A stretch of DNA of 40,385 nucleotides, from NCBI GenBank assembly GCA_026025075.1, contig JAPEUI010000031.1:124001-164385 (forward strand), read 5' to 3'. The notes below the pieces were generated by a model. It made no database searches. It was not told the DNA's origin and worked only from the letters and a program-made list of their open reading frames with translations. Below are positions 24,618-34,697 of this stretch, piece by piece. The DNA is from Vezdaea acicularis (taxonomy: Eukaryota). The number at the start of each line of letters is the position of its first letter. The stretch's first letter is position 1. Position numbers and translations under genes: made by a program.

Positions 24618-24655
24618 TTTTTTTTTTTTTCTTTTCTTCTTCTTCTTCTTCTTCT
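24618..24655 (+). repeat. Poly(T) + (TTC)n microsatellite
   Basis: Directly visible in the 3' region between the two convergent secreted-protein genes. Confidence 0.9.
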
Positions 24656-25227
24656 GTGTATATTGTCAAGGGGATTGGTTGAGCTGGTTTTTCTTGATCG
24701 TTATTCATAGCGTAGAAGTTTTAGCGACCCACCCCTTCCCCTTTCTCCTCTGCCCCTCATATTTGCTCTTGCTCCTCCCCCTTTCGAAATGGAAGGGAGA
24801 AACTCCTGTTCCGTCAATGTCACGGGTCCGTGCGATATCAAAATCAATATCAGAATTGCATGGGATTGATAGTTTTGTTTATGGGTGTATGTTATACTAC
24901 CGCTTCCACACGGGACCTACTACACTAGAATGATCGGAGATGTAAAGCTCCCTAAGTCGTCCCATTCCCTCGTACAAGAGTGTGTCAGATCTGACTGGGA
25001 GAGGGAGCAGACGGGGCACTCCGCCCTGTCTCTCCCTGTTCCATATGCCACCACCCACCTCCCGCTACTCTCAACTATCACTACCATCTCTCCATCATGG
25101 TCAACCCCAATAAAGGTTCCAAAAGAATCTTCTTCCACACCCCCCCACATTTCCCCTAGATCCCCCTCACCCCTCCCCCCCCCATTCCTCCAGCCCCCTC
25201 TCTCCCTTCCTCCTTCCAACCCATTTC

Positions 25228-25443
25228 CTAATAGGGCTCATCACAACACGTCCCGTCCCCATTACAACAAGGACTCGTAGCACAAGTACCACATGGTGCA
25301 CAACCGGGGAGACAGTTCTGGCGCGGGAAGAGGAGTGAGAGGTTGGGAGCGGAGGCTGGCTGCGGGATAGCGGTTACGGCACTGCTGAGGATGGCGAGGA
25401 GGAGGAGGGAGAGGAGGGGGGTGATGAGGGGGGTTTTGTGCAT
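25228..25443 (-). CDS. Small secreted cysteine-rich prepropeptide, 71 aa; predicted mature peptide QNCLPGCAPCGTCATSPCCNGDGTCCDEPY (30 aa, 8 Cys)
   Basis: ACC-ATG at 25443, signal peptide MHKTPLITPLLSLLLLAILSSAVTA, short propeptide ending in PR, and TATATAAA about 250 nt upstream. Confidence 0.85.
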   Translation of the reverse strand: MHKTPLITPLLSLLLLAILSSAVTAIPQPASAPNLSLLFPRQNCLPGCAPCGTCATSPCCNGDGTCCDEPY

Positions 25444-25689
25444 GGTTGCTAGTGGTTGAGGTGCTGGAGGAGGGTTGAATGCTGGGATGGTTGGTGGAGG
25501 TGGGAGGTGTTTGGATTGGTGTAGTTGGTAGAGTTGGGTTGCGCTGGTGATCAGGACTTCTGGGAAGGCTGGCTGGGTTGGTTGGATTGGAGGGTAAGTT
25601 GTTTGAAGATTTGATTCGCGTTGCTGCCAGACTTGTATTCGCGCGGATGATGAGATGCAGCTCGACAATCAGTGTATTTAGGAAAGCCC

Positions 25690-25697
25690 TTTATATA
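25690..25697 (-). promoter_or_regulatory. TATA box (TATATAAA) of the small secreted peptide gene
   Basis: Canonical TATATAAA on the minus strand, followed by a C/A-rich leader to the ATG at 25443. Confidence 0.7.
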
Positions 25698-27271
25698 TCC
25701 ATTCCTCTCCCTCCCTAATTCCCCTTCGATCCTGATACTCCTCATCGAGGATCAAGCGCGGCACCAAGTGCCCATCCTATCGATTCACCTAGTCGAACAA
25801 TGAACCCCCGAATATGATAGTATGGATCATGAGGTTTTGCGCTTGTCGTCATAGCAGCTGGGGAGTACGAGCGTGGCGTCCAAGGCGCCAGGGAGCCGCA
25901 CTTAACTGAATCCCCAAGAGGAGGGACAGGAGAAACTTTACCCAAAGCGGCACCTCCCCATCTCCCCAACTCTTTGCCGTCCCTACAATCCTATTCCACA
26001 GCCTTTCCACATGTAGAAAAGCTTGGAGCGAAGAAGGATGCGATGGTGTTGATTAGGGCGGCACTAAGAGCCGCCCGGATCGGCATCGCTGTTTTTGAGG
26101 CGGTCCGGATAAGGCGTGTCGCATGCCCTCTTTTTCAGCCGGTTGGCGGTATAAATGGTGATTCGGCGGCTCAGGTGGTGGCGGCGCGTTTCATAGCCGG
26201 CCGGCGCGCCTAAGATCGGCCGCTAGAGCAGGTGGAGTAAGATCCCCTGCTCGGCATCTTGACAAGGATTTCGCCTACTGTAACTATGCTACTCTCGACG
26301 ACTAGAGAAACAGTCGGTCTGGCACTATGTTCGTATTGCTAGTGAATGGTCTGAGATGATCTGGTCGCGCGCCGTTTTATGTTGCTCGTATCTACGTCAT
26401 AGGGACGGCGGTTGGGCGCGGATTGTCTCGATCGATCTGTCTTTCGATCTGCTGAACAGAAAAGTAGCCGTTGGATCGCATGCTCTATGCTTCTGCTAGA
26501 AGGCTGACAGTGGTGGAAGCTATGAGCATGTTCTGATTTTGTGAATTCGACTCTGATCGCATCGCCTGAGCGACGCCTCTTCCTGCTACCACAGAGGCCT
26601 ATATATCTGTTCGCAAGAAAATAAGCTGTTGGGAAAGGCCTGGAACTTATCAACTTGAACCAGAAGTACATGGGCCAATTCCAGAAACCGGTGCACTCGC
26701 GTGGTTGACTATGCGCGGGTTCCTGTAATTTCAGGACAGTACTCTCGGAAGCAATGGTCTGAAAGATCAAATGGCCCTTGGGTAATAGAGTAGCTCTAGT
26801 TTTCGAAGGATCCAGAAAGAGCAATTCTCCACTGTGCAGTAGATTATGAACCGCGAATGCAGGAAGTGGTGACCTGACAATGCTACTTCAGATATTAAAT
26901 GAGGGATAGACCACAGTCCAACGACTTTAACAATTCCCCAAGACACAATGGAAGAACATAGCTTAGGCCAGCTATCGATAGAAGAAACTTAATTGCCAAG
27001 TATACGGCTGCAGGGGACTTTGCCCACTTGATTGAATGAGCATGACCATGACCCTTTTAGCTAAACGAGTAGAAGAGTACCGAATATAGGACGCTTAACC
27101 CCAAGATGAATGATCTATGAACTAATTCGTTGCATAGATTAATCAGCAGTAACAACTCACATGACGTGAGAGGCAAGTCAAGACGCACCCCCAAGCGCAC
27201 CCAGCAGACCAAGTGAGGCAGGAGAAACGGAGAGAATACTCATGCCACAGCATATGGCACTTGAAATGTTA

Positions 27272-27364
27272 CAGTGGGGGGGCAAAAGTCTAAATACACC
27301 TTGGCCTCGCTTCACGCGCCGAAGTTTATTCAGACTTCTCCCCCCCCCCCCCCCCCCCCCACTG
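27272..27364 (+). mobile_element. Tc1/mariner-type MITE, copy 1 (93 bp), impala/mimp-like ends
   Basis: TA|CAGTGGGGGGGCAAAAGTCTAAATA...TATTCAGACTTCT(C)nACTG|TA shows imperfect terminal inverted repeats with TA on both sides. A second copy lies at 27774-27857. Confidence 0.8.
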
Positions 27365-27773
27365 TAACAAAGTCACCGATCTCCTGAGCTAGGAGCTCAA
27401 CTCAGATGTCTCCTTTGTATTTGTTCTTAGGATCTAAGAACAAAGCCTATAGTTCCAAGAGAACTGGTCACCCTAAGATCTTCTAGAAGCCTCCACTCCA
27501 CCTGGAAGCATGTCACGCACTAAAAGAGGTGTCAAACGGCATCCAGTGCCAGTTCTAGCAACAAAAGCGGCCACTAATGTAAAAAAAAAAGTGTACGTTT
27601 TCAACGTTAAGTACATCTCATAGATCTTTAAACGTTCCTCACTAGCCTCTGCTGCTAAGGACATGATATTTTTGAAATGCGTTGCACATATAATTTAGTA
27701 GATTTCAATCATTATATGTGAACAAAAAAGTATGGGAAGGTTGGCTTCTTTTTTCGCCTTCTCCTCGTTCGTA

Positions 27774-27857
27774 CAGTGGGAGGGCAGAAGTCTTAATACA
27801 TTTCGGCGCGTGAAGCGAGGCCAAGGTGTGTTCAGACTTTTGCCACCCTGCCCACTG
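27774..27857 (-). mobile_element. Tc1/mariner-type MITE, copy 2 (84 bp), inverted relative to copy 1
   Basis: TA|CAGTGGGAGGGCAGAAGTCTTAATACA...TTCAGACTTTTGCCACCCTGCCCACTG|TA. Its reverse complement shares the exact core ACACCTTGGCCTCGCTTCACGCGCCGAA with copy 1. Confidence 0.8.
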
Positions 27858-28359
27858 TATTAGGCGACAAAACGAAGCGAATGAAGAGGCAGGGTCCGTT
27901 TATAGGCATCATCCTTTGTAGTCCAGACAAAGACACCATTTGACTTGCTAGCTGGCAACATCCCTTGAGGCCACGGTCGAAAGCCAGAGAACCCAGAGAG
28001 AACACGGATATCCGGCTTACCTAGGGTAGGAGGCATTCGATGCACTACATGGACTAACCTCTCTCCTGCACAGGATGTCATAGGATTCCTTGGGTTCACC
28101 GGAAGATGATGCCACTTGCTGGCCAAGGCGGCGAGAGCTCACCAAGGAAAATGCAGAAAGAATAGCATCGCAGCTATTCACCACGAGAAGCAAACAATTC
28201 AAAGGAGATCGGTTCAAATAGCTGGTATTTTCCATTCGACCTCCATCTTACCAGAAGCTAATCCTCGGTAGCCAACCCTGAGAAATTCCGATCCCATCCG
28301 TCCAATTGACCTCCATGCCAAGGGCCCTAAATGTCTTGGTCTCAAAAGGCAATCCGTCC

Positions 28360-29112
28360 CTAGAGGTTTGCACTAGTGATGTGGCATACAGTTGTCACTA
28401 TGCTTTCAATGGGGATTGCTTTGAGTGCATCGAACTGAAGCTGGACAACTCGAGCAATCTCCTGGGGCGCATATCCTTTCTGTGACTCTCCGAGGATGAA
28501 TATTTCAACTGCTTTGATTAATTCCGCCTCATTTTGGGGTGAGAATGTACCAGGCGTCACTGGAGGCTGCATAGCCGCAGCAGTGGATGATCCAGTCATA
28601 GGCTGAATAGCCGCAGAAGTGAACGATCCAGGATTGCTCCCGACTGGTTGAACAGTCGCGAGAATCGGTGTACTAGGCAACAACAAGCTAGCCGGAAGTC
28701 CGCCGGACATGGATTGTGGCAAGAAACCTTGAGCATTGGCCTAGATCGATAGTTCCTAATCAGCGCAAAGAACACTACAGACTTTAGAGAAGGTCAAACG
28801 TACCGGCTTGAGAGAAGGAAAGAAAACATCAAGATCTCTCGTCTGGCTTGCTCTCTGTTTCAGCTTGGCCGCCCAAGAGTACTGGTCAATGTCCTGCTCG
28901 CCGAGAGTCAAATACTCCTTGATTGTGCTAACGAGTAGATCTCGATTCTTGCCGAGAAACTGACCGCCAAAGTTGGAGATCAGCTCAGCGATTATCTCTT
29001 GATTCGTCAATTTAAGGTTAGCACCAGTTTGGACCAGAAGATATTGCTCGGGCGTCAAGGGTATAGTATGGGTGGCCAATTTGGATACTATCTTCGGTCT
29101 CGCATCTAACAT
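28360..29112 (-). CDS. Orphan hypothetical protein, about 229 aa. Exons 29112-28804, 28740-28360; both ends uncertain
   Basis: Two track ORFs join in frame through a canonical intron 28803-28741 (GTACGT..GCTGAT..TAG). An acceptor-like ACTGAC..TTAG at 29106-29120 and a donor-like GTATGC near 28389 suggest further exons. Confidence 0.55.
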
Positions 29113-29190
29113 ATGTCAGTAAAAGTCCTCTAAGACTGACTGAACGTTCACGCTCCCAGTCTCGCAACAAGTTACGCGAAATAAGATGAC

Positions 29191-29259
29191 ATGAAAGAGC
29201 AACAGCTCATGAACGTGCGAGATTAAAGGATATGAAAGAGCAACAGCTCATGAACGTGC
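29191..29259 (+). repeat. Exact 28-bp direct repeat ATGAAAGAGCAACAGCTCATGAACGTGC at 29191-29218 and 29232-29259
   Basis: Directly visible, with a 13-bp spacer. Confidence 0.92.
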
Positions 29260-29700
29260 AAGGTGACGTGACATGAAAAAGCACCACTCCACCAACGCCA
29301 CAGCTCACCGAGACCAGCACGATGAAGCCCAATGTCACTGCATAACCTCTCGCCGAACATCGTACACGAACATCCGCCAAATGAAAGAACAAAACTTACT
29401 ATACGAGCTCGTAAACGCAACCTCATGCCCCTGTTGCCCCGACATCTGCCAACCTCCATTCCCACCCTGAGCGGATCCAGCACCACCCGCACCCCCACCC
29501 TGTCCCCACTGACCAAAAGCCATTCTCACCAATCGTCAAGTGAAGTCGATTAACTTATCACCTGACAAAAAAATCTCTCAAGACAAATCACCCCTTTCCG
29601 TCGTCGGGGTCTCAAGTTTTTGGTTCAAGACACCAGAGAATGAAAGCTCACGAACTGAACTGCCTTGTGTTGGTGGAAGTTGTAAGAACAAAGAAGGGAG

Positions 29701-29736
29701 AAGAAAGAAAGAGAAAGAGAAAGAGAAAGAGAAGAA
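29701..29736 (+). repeat. (AAAGAG)n polypurine repeat
   Basis: Directly visible. Confidence 0.85.
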
Positions 29737-30430
29737 CACATGTTCGCGTAGTACGGCGGCGTATTACTCCTGGAGACGAAGCGAGGGGGGTAAAGCCCTG
29801 GTTCGGCTGGTTGGTCCACTGCTATGTCACGTTTTAGGCGGCTCACGACGTCATGGGGGAGATTCTGGAGTATTCACCATTCCACGTGTGTTAGTGCAGG
29901 TCAATTCTTGGGTTAAATTGGCCAGCATTGCGGTAAAGTTAATGAGAGGAAAGTGTTCATTTTCTATATCAAATGAAGGAGGAGTTACCACTTGCCTCTA
30001 TATCAGTATCAAAGTTACAATACATGTCCCCTTTGGGTTTATTGATTATTGAGGCAACCACCATGGGGAGTCAGCAGCAGAAAACGCCCAAAGGGGAGGA
30101 AGAGAAGGAATAAAAAGAAAAACTTGAATTCCAGGAAGGGGGTATCATTTCAGGCATGACATATTGAGAAACCAAGCATGCTTTAAGCCGCAAATCATGA
30201 TGAAGAAAAAGTAGAGTTCATCCGACTTGCCGAGAAAAAAAACTTTTATATGACCCCATGTCCAGTCCCATGTCCCTTTTCTGCGCGTTCACATCGTTAA
30301 GATGCCCCAGCCCCTGCTTTTTTTGGTCCGTATGGAGACGTATTCAGTCGAAAGACTCCTTCAAAATGCCCGGTTCGCTACTCATCCCGCTCTTTCAAAT
30401 ATTAGCCCAAACATTGCAGATCCAAACACC

Positions 30431-32443
30431 TCATTCGAACGGTTTCCAAGCGCCTCGATCTCCAAATTGAGATTCGCAGTCTTCCAGCCAGTCACAGCTG
30501 AGGACTTGTCGAATGTCCCAGCGCGCCTCCTGGTCCGTCTCCAAGCAGCCCCTGACGAGCTCGACGGCATACTCTTCGGTGCCGACAACGCCGGGGGCGT
30601 GGCGGAGATTGTCTTCGTTCCATTCGCCCCGCAGGATCATCATGATGACGCCTGGTTCGAAACGGCCTCGGAAGGGTAGGTTCCCCACTAAGAGTGCGTA
30701 CACGACAACGCCGTACGCCCAGATGTCCGTGGCGGGGTTGTGCAGGCCAGCTGGCGCATCCAGGACTTCGGGAGCGGCGTATTGGAGACTGCCGGCTATT
30801 GACGTGCTTGTGGCAGACGGTCCGATGTTTCTTGTTGACAGATGATCGGACACGGGGTCATAAGGAGGCAATAGCGCTGACTGTCGGTCGTAGGTGCTCT
30901 CGGGACTAATTGGCGCTGCCATTCCAAAGTCGCACAGGATGACGTTTCCTCCCGTCTCTTCGGCATCAGCTTCGGACTTGTCTAATAGGCAGTTCTCGAG
31001 CTTGACATCGCGATGTACGATCCTTTTTTCCTCGTGGAGGTAACAGATTGCGGAAGCAAGCTGGTACGAATACCTCCGTGCGATATCACCGCGCAAGCCT
31101 TGGCGGTTCACGCTGATCAGGTCGAAGAGTGTGCCATGGACGTAGCGTTCCATCACACAATAAGTCGCGAGAGGAGTGTAATACACTGCGATCAAAGGCA
31201 GAATATAGCGATGGTGCAGCCCTCTCCATAGTTCCACCTCTTGCTTGAAGTTATCTTGAAGCTGCTCGTTCTCGTCATCCTGCCTGCCGTCTACTTGTCT
31301 CCGTACAATCTTGACTGCACGTGTGATGCCCACGCCATTCTCCACGGTGTGGGCTTCTCGAACGGTGCTAAAGCCTCCGTACCCTATCTTCTTCCCAATC
31401 TGGTAATCGCCTACTTCCTGTTCCTCGAGCAATTGACTAGGCGAGATGGGGCTATAATTAGAGAGAAAGTCCTGTGCGGGCGATTTGGCAGACGATGATG
31501 ACTGCGCCCGAAGGGCTCCTCTACGGAGGCGGGGTTCGGTCACGCCGAAACTCTGGACCCGCCGGTTTGGATACCGCATCCTGGTTGCCGGCCAAGCCAT
31601 GGTGTCTTCCAGGGATATGGGTGGTGGAATGGATGATGTCATGGGAGAGCGGACGAAGTCCATCTGCTCGGGCTCCCGGACAGGTTCCTGTCGGTCTGCG
31701 CCGCCTTCACCCGACTGAACTTTCACCGGAGCTGAGCTCTGCATCCCTGGAGCACCGGCATCTTTCGCCGCCAGCTCATCGACCGTGGACTGCAGAAGAG
31801 GATAGTTGGCCTCCCCCTTGTGGTATTTCTGTCGCTTTTCACTGTTTTTGGTACGCCGGGATGTCCTGTTGATGTGCTGCCCGGTTTCTGGATCATATTC
31901 CCACCGGTGGGACTCGCTATGAGCTCGCGTGAGCGGTCTGTACGACATGGAGTCTGCGAGCTCCTGTAACATGGATCGGCCCCTAATTCGACGCTCTGCT
32001 TTTGGGAGGCGTTTCTCGAGCTCATATTGACCACCACCGCTCGTCGTCACATTCGGACTAAAGCTGATCGAGGTATTCCGGGATCGACGGAAAGCTTCTT
32101 CGAACGGCGAGGAGTTTTCGTCTCGATTGAGTGGTGGCGCCTCATCGTCCACAAAGGTGTCGACTCCACTGTTGGGTGGAGTTGGGACGTTGATCGGAGG
32201 GGTTGAAGTATGTTCGGATTCGCCTTCATCTGGTCCTCGGTGCGGAGAAGGGTTGCCAAGACGGTACCTGTCCAAGTACTGCTGCGCTTCTGTTCTTCGG
32301 GGTTGGCGCTCTTTGAAAGCACTCAGCCGTCCGGCCTTTCCAAACTCTTGAGTTGGGGAGACGGTAGATGACGAGGCGGGGGATGTGGAGTTGGAAGTAT
32401 CGAGCCTACGAAGCCGGGGTTTCTCCAACGGTAATGGAGCCAT
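30431..32443 (-). CDS. Ser/Thr protein kinase (CAMK-like group, probably Nnk1-like), 670 aa, single exon, C-terminal catalytic domain
   Basis: Motifs IGYGGFSTV, AVKIV, HRDVKLENCL, LCDFG, GSLQYAAPE and DIWAYGV are all intact. The subfamily assignment is from recollection only. Confidence 0.93.
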   Translation of the reverse strand: MAPLPLEKPRLRRLDTSNSTSPASSSTVSPTQEFGKAGRLSAFKERQPRRTEAQQYLDRYRLGNPSPHRGPDEGESEHTSTPPINVPTPPNSGVDTFVDDEAPPLNRDENSSPFEEAFRRSRNTSISFSPNVTTSGGGQYELEKRLPKAERRIRGRSMLQELADSMSYRPLTRAHSESHRWEYDPETGQHINRTSRRTKNSEKRQKYHKGEANYPLLQSTVDELAAKDAGAPGMQSSAPVKVQSGEGGADRQEPVREPEQMDFVRSPMTSSIPPPISLEDTMAWPATRMRYPNRRVQSFGVTEPRLRRGALRAQSSSSAKSPAQDFLSNYSPISPSQLLEEQEVGDYQIGKKIGYGGFSTVREAHTVENGVGITRAVKIVRRQVDGRQDDENEQLQDNFKQEVELWRGLHHRYILPLIAVYYTPLATYCVMERYVHGTLFDLISVNRQGLRGDIARRYSYQLASAICYLHEEKRIVHRDVKLENCLLDKSEADAEETGGNVILCDFGMAAPISPESTYDRQSALLPPYDPVSDHLSTRNIGPSATSTSIAGSLQYAAPEVLDAPAGLHNPATDIWAYGVVVYALLVGNLPFRGRFEPGVIMMILRGEWNEDNLRHAPGVVGTEEYAVELVRGCLETDQEARWDIRQVLSCDWLEDCESQFGDRGAWKPFE

Positions 32444-34697
32444 GCCAGCTGGGAGCTCTCTGAGCAGGCTGTCCGCAGCCTGCAGGCACGCTCAACGAAA
32501 TGACTCCCAGTGGTGGCGAACAAGGCAGCAAAGGATGCTCAATTCGACGTGTAGGTTTTCAATGATCGCGGAATTGATTTAATTTATTCTCGCACCCTTC
32601 CTCCTTCAAAGAGGCCCGGCGACAGGACTTTATCGGTGATGAGGCGTGCAGATCTTGGTGGAGACGGTGTATATCCGGATCGCAGATGGGGATTGCAGAT
32701 GGGACCGGATCAGGGTCGGTGATATAATGAATGAGCAAGGGCTAATGAGTCGCGAATGTTCAACTGTCGCGCTGGGTCGGATCGACGGTTGTGGCCACGA
32801 ATACGTCAGTGGAGCCAGACAAAGGCCAGAGGGGATTTCCCTCAGAGCGGACGAAGAAGGGCCAAGGAGGGTGTAGGGCTGAAGGCGATCGCGCAGGGCG
32901 AGGCATGTGGAGAGAGAGAGCGTGGAGGTTAAGAATGAGATATCGATGGCGGCGGCGGCAACGTCCACGCCCTCGAGCACGGCGCGGCGATCCTTCCTGG
33001 GGGTGGGGGAGCGTTTCGTTCATCCTGACCTGCCCTCTCCGGCCGGCCTCTTGTCGCACGTCCAGCCGAGTTTGGGGGTGACGTTCCCTTCCCCAGACCC
33101 GCCTACAGCCCCCCTGCAAAAATCTGCCCGCCGCGTGACGAGGGGCCGACGAGCTGCAACAGACCACCGCCGCGATGTACCGTGGCTCCGGGCACGACAG
33201 GACCTCATTCTCGCTGTCAGCACCGCGCCGGAAGCAGCGCCGCGGAGGATCGAGGGCACCGTTTCTGTTCGTAACAAGAACGCTCTGTTAACCGTGTCTG
33301 CGGGTCATTCGCGGAACGCGTTTTTTTGCTTGTCTTTTCTTTTTCTTTTTTTTTCTTATGCCGTAAGGATTTAGCGACATTCGTTTGCGGACAAGAAAGT
33401 TTATTCGATTTCGCTGTTAGAAGCATCGTCAATTACATTTCCAGAGCTAAACAGAACACCACGATCCACCCCATTTAAAACCCCTATTTCTGACTAAAAA
33501 AATTCTTCTCTATTTCCTGGCCTGTAGTCATGGGAAAGCGCGTAGTTGCTGAATTAATACCGTCATAGTCTTTATAATCGGCGAGCGAGGGGTCCCTGGA
33601 ATGGCTAAACAATGCTTATAGCAGCGTAAATAGCAGCAAAAAGCGCCAAAGATGAGCCAATCACGGCGGCGCTCGCCGCGCCTGTTGGAGCTGCCAAATC
33701 AAGCACAAAGACCCACGCATCGCATCTGCACCGAACGCATCCCTCTCGTTCCCCAGGATCTACATACAGAGCACGGATACGAGGCGCAAGACGGAGGAGT
33801 CGCCTATCTAATCACGGTGTTATCGTGGACGTGCTGGATCCTGACTTAAGGGCGTCCGCCGAATCGATATTTGGGCCTGTCCCGTTATAGCTCAAGCGTC
33901 TCCCCGGCCTGGTCCCATCTCGGCCGGGCTGCTGCACTCTCGATGTGCTTCCGCGCTGCGGCCGACGCCGGCGAATGAGCGGCCGCGTCGGGGCGTCTTG
34001 TGGGGGAGACCGAACGGGGCCGCGCCAAGGCCCGCCAAGGCCCGCGTCTGAAACGCCCCTGACTGGAGGGAGCCAAGCGACGGCGGGCGGGTGCCAGGAG
34101 GGACGTGTGAGGGAATGGGGGCGGCCGAGCGACGACTGACCCGCGAAAAAAGATTGCTCCACCATCGTCGGCTTCGAAAAGCGTCCCCAGCTGAAGCGGA
34201 GAGGAAGCATCGTGAACGCGCGCCGACGAAGGCCTGCTACGCTTGCCTCCGACTCTCTGGCCGTCTGTCGTGCACGCCCTCACCACGCACTGCCCTCGCC
34301 CGCGCCATTCGTTCTTTTCTTCCCGGCCTGGAAACTTGCAACAGCCTCTCCTCGACCCCAGCCGCCTTTGCCAGCCACGACCAACATTTGGTCCTTTTTT
34401 TTTTCTCAACTCGATCACGAACCAGGCCATTATCCGACGGCAAGAACTTCTCGATCGTCTTCAAGCTTGAATCACGCATTCCTTCCGACCGGCTTTGCTG
34501 CATCCACTCTTCGATCACAATAGCCCCGATTGGCAGCCTCACACGTTCACGACTTTCTCTCACTTTCAGACAATTCTCCGACACTGGCCATCAAACATCA
34601 CTAATGCGAGTTTCCTCGACTTTTTCCACTACACTCCTTCGCCCTCCACATTCACATTCGCTGCGTTGAATGTTCAACGAGCAAAGACCGAGCCATC

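Noticed and set aside
26052..26215. GC-rich segment with local hairpins (GGCGGC..GCCGCC) and TTAGG..CCTAA ends, considered as a MITE or structured RNA
   Set aside because: Terminal complementarity is only a few bases, no target duplication is evident and there is no second copy in the window.
26339..26824. 161-aa minus-strand ORF near the MITEs, considered as a transposase remnant
   Set aside because: TTG start and no DDE, HTH or reverse-transcriptase motif in the frames I read.
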